Assembly: GCA_004022145.1 (NCBI GenBank)
Contig: RCNU01000002.1
Direction: 5' to 3' (one strand)
Length of the DNA: 64,000 nucleotides
Source of the DNA: Paecilomyces variotii
Taxonomy: Eukaryota
Each line of letters opens with the position of its first letter. Position 1 is the first letter of the stretch. Under the pieces are notes generated by a model that was not told the origin of the DNA, did not search any database, and worked only from the letters and a program-made list of their open reading frames with translations. Below are positions 23,796 through 33,353 of the stretch, in pieces. A program made the position numbers and the translations under genes.

Positions 23796-24530
23796 ATGCT
23801 TCAAGACCGACTCAACGATGCAGCGATTTCCCTCCATCGAACTTTGAGCCGAGCTAATATCACGTTTGGCATATTTGGGGGCTACGCTATCGGTGTGTTA
23901 GGTGGATTCCGCGAGAGCAAGGATATTGATTGTATTGCTTCCATATCCAAAGAACAGATAATTGCTGTTCTAGACGGACAAGATGGATTTATTGCAGTCC
24001 CTCAAAGCCGACAGGACTACGTAGCATTCTTATGGTCTGATAAGCCTGATCGCAGCAACGCGGTCCTTGTGGAGATTTTTTGTGAGCAGTTCATGGGTTA
24101 GTTTAATCCACCTCTCTGATTGTGTTTCACTCTTCTGATCCTACTAGGTTCTCAATATACCATGAGGGATGTACAAGCCTCTCTTTATACGGTGAATGGG
24201 CAAAAACTGGGGCCTGGTCAGGCCCGTGTCCTTGATCCATTCTATCTGTTCAAAGGAAAACTCCGCGCCGCAGCAACTCGGTCAAAATTCCATGATTCAG
24301 CCGATCTGCGATGGTTGGCTGATCGATACGCCAGCATCATCCAGGCCCGAAAGGAGGAGCTGAATCTTGAGTACATTGGACTTGCAGTGAAGAGATACTT
24401 GGAGCTTGAGCTCCTGTTTGAACGGCTGGGAATCGATCTTGTTAAAGCGAGGGACGCTGCCCGTGATCTAGATCCATCGAGACTTCCAGCTCCTGCCCCT
24501 GGAGATGTCCAACGAGGATTATTGGGGTAG
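23796..24530 (+). CDS. AbiEii/MenT-like nucleotidyltransferase, exons 23796-24096 and 24148-24530
   Basis: FGIFGGYAIGVLGGFRESKDIDC (hGG...R.S.DhD), third-carboxylate candidate VLVEIF, and C-terminal KLRAAATRSKFHDSADL (K..A...R....D..D). A GT-AG intron keeps the frame. Confidence 0.78.
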
Positions 24531-24847
24531 GGTTTGTAATAACGTTAGCTGTGGGCCGATCGATTAGTCGCTCGCCTCTTAGTCACTCTCGATCTCCGAC
24601 TTGGAGCTACCTCAACAAGGATATTCTAGAAGTTCTGGCTATTGATAGGATACTCCTACAGAGCCAGGAAGTACAAGTAGATTTCATACAACTTAATCTT
24701 ATCTTACGGTTTGACTGTTACCATCTCTGAAACTACGTGATATCAATACTCCGATTAGTTTCCAGTTGAAGATTGAACTACCTTAGTATCCATATTTCAG
24801 GAAATAATCAAGTGCACCGGTTTTGCAAACAACTCCAAACTATACAT

Positions 24848-26247
24848 TCATAGCTTAGCTTGGGTCTTCTGTCCTAAAGCTGCCGCGACGAGCTTGATTG
24901 CTGCTTCTGCGGAGCCGTAAGAAGCTTGATACCCAAAACCCCCATGACCGTAGTTATGCACCACCCATACGCCGTCGATCTTCTCCTTTTCCACTCTTGG
25001 CCCGCCTTCACGGAGCGGTCGTAGTCCAACACCGTGTCTGATAATATCCAGGCCCTCGATGCCCTGGCCTTCCTTGACGAGACTCGGGCACAGTTCGATG
25101 CAACGTTTCATGATACGAATTGCCAGGTTCGGATCAAGTGAAGTATCCCAATTGTGTTTCTGGTATGAACCACCGAGGATGGTACCACCGCCTAGAAGGA
25201 TATTAGCTTTGTGCGCATAGCATCTAATTAGTTAGTCACATACCTGCGGCCCTGCCCATGATATAGACAGCTTCGTCTTCTCCGTCGTCCGTCCCGGAAG
25301 CGGAGCTCATGTATCCGGGGTCATTTCGCACTACCACAATCTGGCCTCTGGCTGGGTAGAGCTTGTCGTCCATGACCCCGCCTAATTTCTTCGACGACAA
25401 GCCGGTACAGTTGACGACCAGGTCGGCCTTCCTTCCAGAATGATGGGCATTTGCAGCATCAGCAACGTGTTTGAAGACGCCCCTCTTGAATACCACGCCG
25501 TGCTTGCGGCACTGACCGACCAGCCATGGCAGGTAGATGGCCGTGTTGATGCAGACTGATGTAAAGGACGAGGCATTGTCTATCCCGGGTGCCAACTGTT
25601 CTGAAGGCAGTGGACGAAACTGGAGAAGATGTCAGTTTAATAGTGAACGGAATTCAAGGGGAGCGATCTTGTATGTACATCGGGGACCACATCTTTATAC
25701 CATGGCTCCTTCTTCAGTAGTTCCGCGAACCATTGTCCAGTAGCAGATTGCTTATCTTTTTCGCGGTTGTAGACGATAGTCGCTATATCAACCGTCAGCA
25801 TAGTGGTCCAAGAAGCTGTGGTCATGCTGAGTCTCACGTTGGAAATGAATGCCCGCCTCAGGATGGTTCTGCGCCAATTCCTGGAGAACCGGCCAAGTCT
25901 TCTTCTCGTATTCCGCGTGAGCGCTACCTTGGACACCGACTCTTGATCCGTTTGTCAGTTCCGAGAAGAAATACCTACAAGTCATGGGAAAACCAAGACT
26001 GCAGAACCTACGGCAGGTAATTGGCTCCAGCCCATGGCGAGCAGTATTCAATGTCATAATCTCCCGGCATATGCTTTGCCACGACCGTAATATTGTTGGC
26101 CGCGTTCTGAGACAGGAGATATGCAGTCGTCAAGCCTGCCACTCCAGCACTGTAGAGAGATGATTAATTACCATGGCTCGAAAGAGATCCTTGATAAAGA
26201 GAATCGATAATCGCATACCCGAGCACCACAATATTATTTGCCTCCAT
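24848..26247 (-). CDS. D-amino-acid oxidase (FAD-dependent), peroxisomal, multi-exon
   Basis: MEANNIVVLG|AGVAGLTTA (GxGxxG), SPWAGAN, VVNCTGL, PARGQIV, HGVGLRP, VHNYGHGGFGYQ. Ends in -AKL (PTS1). Confidence 0.93.
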
Positions 26248-27407
26248 TGTGGACCTGTCCACGCGCCCCTCACGAGAATAAAGAATGCAGAAGCTGTTTA
26301 GAAGGGACAAAGACCGACCAAAAGGACTGAAAGATGCAATTATAGAACCGGCAACGGTGAATTATTCTATTGAGAGAACGTGCAACACAGTAGAGTCATT
26401 CCTATCGGGACGAGGCCCCCACCGAATAGATAGCTAGATATGTCGTGTGTTCCCCGATACGCGGAGAGTGGTTATCATCGGGGCCCCTCAATAAGTAATC
26501 TCGTGCCTGGCGGTGGGGACAACGCCGAGCTGCCGAATCGGGTCCGAAAGTCCACGAGGGGTGCAAAGATTTCTTTTTGCCAATAATGATCATTTTATTA
26601 ATTACATAGACAAAAATGCCAATTAGATATTATCTGCTGCTGCAAAGGTCCGATGTGATACTGGAGTACTTGGCATGGCGATAACTAGGTACTCTTACAC
26701 AGGCCGCACACACACTGATAAGAAAAGGTACATGTAGACTCTAGAGACATATTCTATTTTGGGAACATTCACAATATATCAGTTTCCATGTGGAAGCTGT
26801 CCACGATCAATATTTGAATATAACAATGACTAAAGAATCTCCGCCTATCTAGTTCTCCAAGTGGCCGCTGAAAGAAATTGCTATAAATGCGCACCTCCAT
26901 TGTTCAATGGAAAGTCACGGACCACAAAGTGCATTATCAATGACGGTATATGAATAGAAAGGAAGATTCACTGTCAGTCTTTGTATATGAATAGTCACGT
27001 ATTGTAGGAGTCATTGAGAGCACAGACGGCTGGGAGAAGTGTTGCCTTCAGGCGTCAGATACTTAACTAGACAGACACCCAAGGTTTAACTTCTCCCCAG
27101 CACTCTGATCCATCTGGAAGCCACAAGAGCTCGACTGTATCTGCAGAAAAGTGTCCGTGTTGATCATCAGCTTTCAACCTCTCTCATTCACACTTGCAGG
27201 CTTAACTAATTCCTTAATATTTCAATTCTTCAATTTGCGAGAACGGAGGGAATTTCGTCATAGCGCGGCAGAAAAACGGAGTCTGGCGCTTCCGCTAAGC
27301 CGTTTCCGAGAGGCAACAGCCAATAAAATACTCCAGATACTCACCGCTCCTGTTCGGTAAGCATGCTCGTTCGGTGCAAGCGCCTCCGCACCCTTGCCGT
27401 GATCCTC

Positions 27408-27447
27408 AGAGAGACAGAGAGAGAGAGAGAGACACAGAGAAACAGAG
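27408..27447 (+). repeat. Imperfect (GA)n tract upstream of the OTU gene
   Basis: agagagacagagagagagagagagacacagagaaacagag. Confidence 0.8.
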
Positions 27448-27638
27448 CGCGTGTTGTAAAGCCTCTGGTTTTTGGTCCGCAGACTGGTGGACTTCCCCTT
27501 CCGGAGGTTCTTTCAAAGAACGCTTCTTCCCTTTGTTTCTTTTCTTGTCTCTTTTTTACCTCTCTCAATCTCTGCTTGGGGACATTGCCCCCTGCTCTAT
27601 TAGACAGCAGATGAGGGCGGTTCTTCGGTTTTGCAAGC

Positions 27639-29289
27639 ATGGCTGACGTCTCTCCCAGCGGTACGCGGGTCGTGCCTGTCATGGCCGGCCAGAAGCACAA
27701 CCCCAAGGTCACCAAAGTGACCAGAGATACCCTCCACACCACTCCCAGGCAATCACAGCCGAGGGAGTCCCAGGAGCTCTGGAATGACCCGGAATGTTTG
27801 AATATGCCCTGTCTGGAGGCCTTGGGCCTCTATGCTTCCAACACCGTGGGAGATGGTATGTGTTGTACTGGTCCGGAGCAAGTCTCGAAGGAGAAACGCG
27901 ATCTGCCAGCTCCGCGTCCCTCCAATTGGGCTCAAAAAAGCATTGACTGATAGTTTCCTCTTGGATTATAGGCAATTGTCTTTATCGAGCTCTGTCGGAC
28001 CAGATGTATGGAGAATTCGACCACTTTGAAGAGATCCGGAACCGGTTGGCCAACCATATCCAGGCCCATCCGGAATACTTCATGAATTTCATGTCTGCGA
28101 TGGGTGGGGAGCGGAGGGCCCCCAGACGCGCAGCTGCGGCTGCTTCTCGATCGTCCTCCTCGTCGGTGACCCCTGCACCGGCGACCAAGGAGCAGCAGAT
28201 GCAGAAGTTTGAGACCAGGGTCGAGGAGAGCCGGAAGAATGGCTCCTGGGGAGGATCCGAAGAGATCCAGGCATTTTGCCAATCGTACAAACGAGACGTA
28301 CGCGTCTACATGGATTCTGGGATCCAAGACTTCCGTGATGTTAGTGCTCCAGCGGACGAAGAAAGAGAGGTGGTCCACATAGCCTTCCACGTAAGTGACG
28401 CTACCGTCTACACCCACCTTCCTCCCATAATCTCTCTGTTATACTAACGGAGGCTTTTGCGTAATAGAACTTCTACCATTATTCTTCGGTACGCAACATC
28501 AATGGCCCTCACACCGGTCTTCCCCATATTCCCAATACCAAAGTGAAAGCCGACTCCCAGGTCGACAGTGTGAAAACGGAAAAGAGGAACGAAGAGAGTA
28601 AAGATGCTACTGCTGGAGCAGTGGTGGATATGGCGGTGCCTTGGAAAATTTCCAAGATACAAGAAGGCCTGGGCGGAAAATATGACCGAGAGACCATCGT
28701 GGAGATGTTGCAACAATGTCGTGGTGATATTGAGAGGGCGTTTGTCAAACTGCTGGACGAGGACACTTCGACTGACTCCTCTGTTAAACGCTCCTCTTCT
28801 CCGGCTACCACGGTCACCGACGCGTCTTCCTTCCAATCGGTTGTCCCACAGCCTCAATACAAGCAACGCTTGCGTCCCTCGTCGCGCTCTTCCTCCCGTC
28901 ATAGCACGTCAAGCAAGCGGTCCGCAGACGATAGTGACGATGAAAAGCTCACTTGTCGCCCCCGGCAGACCAGAGGGCGGGAACAGAAGAGACGGATCTT
29001 GCCAAACGTCACAGTTGGAATCAATCTCCGTGATGAGAATCAGAACGACCTGGTTTCCCTACGCCTGAGGGTCAGCCCGGATGTTGTTGCTGAACAGGCT
29101 GATACCGCTGAGCCCGTAACGAAAACAGACGTCAGCGCGGAGGGCACGAAGAAAGGCGAGAACAAGAGGAACCTCCGCCCTCGCAGGCGCATCCAGACCA
29201 CTAGTGCGGATTCTAGCAGCGAGTCTCAGCAGGAGTCTCTGCGGGACAAAGCCGTCCCAAAAAGAAAGTCTTCTCAGAGAAATACCTGA
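27639..29289 (+). CDS. OTU-family cysteine protease (deubiquitinase) with CUE-like segment, exons 27639-27855, 27972-28390, 28468-29289
   Basis: Spliced NTVGD|GNCLYRALSDQ (catalytic D/C), GSWGGSEEIQAF, HIAFH|NFYHYSSVRN (catalytic H), and ETIVEMLQQCRGDIERAFVKLL. Confidence 0.87.
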
Positions 29290-30526
29290 CATACACAAAG
29301 CTGCCTGCGGTGACAATGACTACCGCCATGACCCTCCCTATATCCCCTTTCCTTTCCTTCCGTCTTTCACCTTCAATACCCAGATGCCGCAATAAGGCGC
29401 GCACTTCTCTTTGTTTCGTCATTTGACTGTCACAGCGACACAGCATTGCATGTAATGCATCATGATTGAGCCGCATTTTTGAGCGCGTTGGGCCTCTCTA
29501 TTCGAATTGCATGACCCTGGCCGGATGCATAAAGGCAGGGAGTCTAGGAGTTTTTGGTGTCTGATTTCGGTCCTATTGTTTACGGGTCGAGCAGGAGCGG
29601 AGCATAAAAAGTTACGGACGTCCCCCTTGGCTTTACTTTTACAAGCATCTTGGGCAGGATTTACGAGATGAAGATACACGATACGGAAAGCATCAACGTA
29701 GTGCCGGGCGCGCTACACTGCATTGATTTATTTCTCGGTACATCTTTTTTTTTTCTTCTTTCTTTCTTTCTTCTTTCCTGGCGTTTCCCGACCGATGCCG
29801 CGGGAGGTATCTGGAGGCCGTTTTATCTGAATCTGGGTGCGGCTGCTTGCATGTAGTGTAAGTGAAGCCATGTTTTAGACTAGGGCTTAAAAAGCAACAT
29901 TTGCTCTCTGGCATTATCCTGTTGATGTGGATTTTGTTTTCTCTTTATTTGCAAATAAATCCCGTAGATCAGATAGACCCTTTCAGGTATGAAATTTCCC
30001 CAATGATCAGATGAATTAGAGTATTACCTGCAGGAACTTGCAGGAACCCCGCACTCCTTGACGCTGAATAATACAACTCGATGCTGCGTGCATTAGAGCG
30101 TTGTTGATTCTCTGCTGAGTACGTACAGATGGTAATTATCTCTTCCAACTTTCATTGAGAGTATAACTTACGAAGCCGACGTTTTCTCTAGATTCGATGC
30201 GCATATTCACTTGTTATCTACGGTGCTGCAGGTTTGTTCCTATGATTATTTCGTCCGATATAGGTATATCAATGATATACGATTCTTTGAAAAGGGATAT
30301 GGTCTTTTGTTTCTATCTGAATGGATTTTATGGCCACGTGACAGTGATCCTGTCATGAAGCCCGGGGAATAATTAAATGAGAAAGGAATTCGTCAGGCGA
30401 ATGCTCCAATTTCCTCATGCCAAAAAAAGACCAGAGGTCTCGAGTGATTTATAGGTTGAGAGAAGAAGAAAAGGAAAACAACTAGCTAGAAAACAAATTT
30501 GATAGCTGTCATTTTTCTTCTTTCAA

Positions 30527-30958
30527 TTATGCGGAGTGCTCCTTGATGGCAGCCTCGAGAGCGGGAGGGTTGGCACCGACAACCTCAGCGACGAGTTGGC
30601 CGTTCTTGTAGACGTGGAAGGTAGGCATGGCACGGACACCAATGTCGGCAGCGACGTCGGACAGCTGGTCAACGTCGACCTTGTAGAAGGTGGCGTTGGG
30701 GTACTTCTCGCTGAACTCCTCGACCTTGGGAGCGATGGCCTTGCAAGGGCCGCACCAGGTGGCGAAGAAGTCGACAACGGCGACGCCCTGGCCGGTCTTC
30801 TCGGTGAACTCAGCCTTGCTAGAGAGATTGTTAACTGACCGATCTTCTCATCTCCGCACAATGACTTCACTCCACGCCTCATCGAGAGTGGGTAGTCGGG
30901 GTCATCTATGATGGTAGGAAAAGCAGAGAACTCACCTGGAAACGTTGTGGACACCCAT
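30527..30958 (-). CDS. trxA: Thioredoxin, AUG-initiated cytosolic form, exons 30958-30936 and 30818-30527
   Basis: MGVHNVS|SKAEF...[17 protein letters not shown]...FYKVDVD...GVRAMPTF...[23 protein letters not shown] active site. Confidence 0.95.
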
Positions 30959-31135
30959 TTTGGCGATTGTGGATCGGAATTGAGGAGAGGGAGTAGTGGA
31001 GAAAGCTCGCTGGGAAGCCGACGGAGTCTTCAGAAAACGCGCGGTAGTCGCTGGCGAAGCAGATTTCGCAGCTGTCAAGCCGGTTGAGAACCTGGCGGTT
31101 GAAGAAAGAGACGGAAGGAGGCGAAGGGAGGCCAC
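30959..31135 (-). CDS. Putative GUG-initiated 59-aa mitochondrial presequence in frame with thioredoxin
   Basis: Open frame contiguous with the Trx ATG. It starts at CACC-GTG-G, contains no D/E, is rich in S/T/A/R/K/L and has a QRAFSTT cleavage-like motif. There is an in-frame TGA further upstream and no ATG. Confidence 0.7.
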
Positions 31136-31222
31136 GGTGAATGACTTGTTGGCGGGAAGTAGAGACTGATCACGGTGAGTTCAAGATGCGGGAGATTCTA
31201 CGGCGGAGGGTGGGGGATGGGC

Positions 31223-31228
31223 TTTATA
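31223..31228 (-). promoter_or_regulatory. TATA box (TATAAA) of the thioredoxin gene
   Basis: Minus-strand TATAAA about 90 nt upstream of the GTG, within a pyrimidine-rich minus-strand tract. Confidence 0.5.
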
Positions 31229-31847
31229 AGGGGAGAGGGGCAGCAACAAAATGACGTTGGGTTGGTGGAACGGGAGGCGCTATGGTATGGCTGGCTCGGG
31301 AAGACTAGAGTAGAGGGGAGGGAGGATGAATAATGATTGATTTTCAAACAAAACACTCTTCTTCTTCTCTTTTCTCCTGTTCTCTGGTGCGACTCCAGGG
31401 CTAATGGATCATCCAGAGGGCTAGATTGCACTCTCGGGGTCTGATAGACTGCTTTGCAATACAATTGCAGACGTGCAAAGACTCGGGAGTGCTCGAAACG
31501 ACGCGAACATATGGATGGATCGGCTTACCTAAGAAGAAGTTGATATGTGAGACCTGGAGAGAATCCAAGGCAATTGGACAGAGTTAGAGTAAAGCGTGGT
31601 GGACTAGAGTAACTCGAGCAATGAAAATCGATAAGCAATACGAAGTTATTCGAAGGAAAAGAAAGACAGTCAATAATGGAAGGGCAGAACCCGACGGGAT
31701 GACGTGCTCGGCTTACCAATCGCAGGCGGTCTAGAGTCTCGGGGTTCCAATCATTAACTAATCGTTAGTTAGTCTCTCTGGACTCTGGACTCTGGATCTG
31801 CTACGAAGGATCATTAATTATTAAAAACACTATTAGATCTAATCTAA

Positions 31848-31884
31848 TCATCATCATCATCATCATCATCATCATAATCATCAT
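31848..31884 (+). repeat. (ATC)n microsatellite, preceded by about 3 copies of CTCTGGA at 31776-31796
   Basis: Directly visible tandem units. Confidence 0.9.
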
Positions 31885-33353
31885 ATATCATGATATATCT
31901 ATTATAAGGTCGGCTACTATTGCTCTTCGGACATCATCAGACGCAGATAACATGGTGTGATCATAGCAGAGGATCACCAACAAATGCAGCCTAGAGATAG
32001 ACGCAGCAGTCAACTATCAGTTCAGCTGACACCCGAGACCCGCCGGTGCCAGTATCTACAGTAGTACTAAGTAGATAAACACTGTCGATCCCAGGCTAGA
32101 TACCCATCAACAGCAAACACCAGCGAGCCATGGTTACCGCAACTGGATGATCAATGAGGGGTTGGTTGGGTGGGAGGGGAGGTTGGGAATGATGAACGTA
32201 GGAAATAAACTATACCATCTAGAACTTCCATATACTCCTGTGCACAATGCCCGTGCAATTCCGCAGGGATGCTCTTTTCCATTTTACAGAGTACTCCGAA
32301 CTATATACATCCCCTTGGTGCAATAAGACCACACATCAATCCATACATAGGTCATAAGCAAAGCATCCGCTGAGCAAAATCTGGTATCATGCCCCGCCGT
32401 GCGACAGATAGATAACATACACTCAAACCGCCGGGGTAATATCCCACCGTTTCTGACTCCACGTTCGCTCAACAGGACTGGTAGTCTCCAGCGGTCAGGC
32501 AACATGCGGAGATTCCCATCAGATTAACTTATGTTTTGCCCTTTGTGAGAGCCGCCGTGCTATGCCGAGCCTTTCACTCATCTTCTGGACTAGAAGCAAT
32601 CGCCGAGACCAAAGAACACGACAATCTTTGCACACCACAGGGGCCCTCTCTCGGTGCCAGTCTCTCCTGTCGTTATTCACGTCACCTCCATTTCTCATTC
32701 AAACAACAAAGCCACGGTAGGATAGAGTCCACCAAAGCAAGCAGCATATCAGGACCACAGGCCAAGCACAGATGGGGAAAACACTCGTCATGATCAAATT
32801 TCTCTCTTACTACAGAAACTCTTCCCTACAACCCCAGGGAATGACATCCTCGGAACTGTCCGATAACAAAACTCATGGGAGACGGCGTGGACATGATAGC
32901 GAATATGTGCATTGAATCGGAAGAGCAACAGCAATAGACATCGCGGGCAAAAATACTGAGCAGGGGGTATGTAACTCGAAAACACAAACGACAATGATAA
33001 CTAAAGGGGGCGCCAACTCCGACAACAAACGGGGTATCAAGAATATCGACATGCAAAGGGTTCATGCTGGTCTCGAGCCAAAGACATCGGCGGAAACTCG
33101 ACAATGCAAACACAAAGAAAAATCAAACGAGCGTTTGGTTCAGGATACAGGGACATTCGCGACGCGATTGGGTGTCGTGAACAAAAGAAAATCTTCAAAG
33201 AATGTGGTAGGTGCGTGCCTTCCGGGGAGCTCCAGCATGCCATTGACTCGAGCCAGTTACCATTCCTTCCTTCCATGCCTTGCAACATCGCTCGAGGTCG
33301 GGTTGGCTGACAAAGGGGGTTATTATTCACGAAGCGAAAAGATACAAAAAAGT

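Noticed and set aside
30523-30954. 143-aa ORF-track frame and 100-aa antisense ORF over thioredoxin
   Set aside because: Alternative-frame and antisense shadows. The spliced WCGPC frame explains the locus.
31695-31770. TGACGT and two CCAAT boxes (one matching CSAAT-N12-RWT) upstream of thioredoxin
   Set aside because: Plausible but low-information motifs. I saw no canonical Yap1/NapA TTA(C/G)TAA site and have no independent support.
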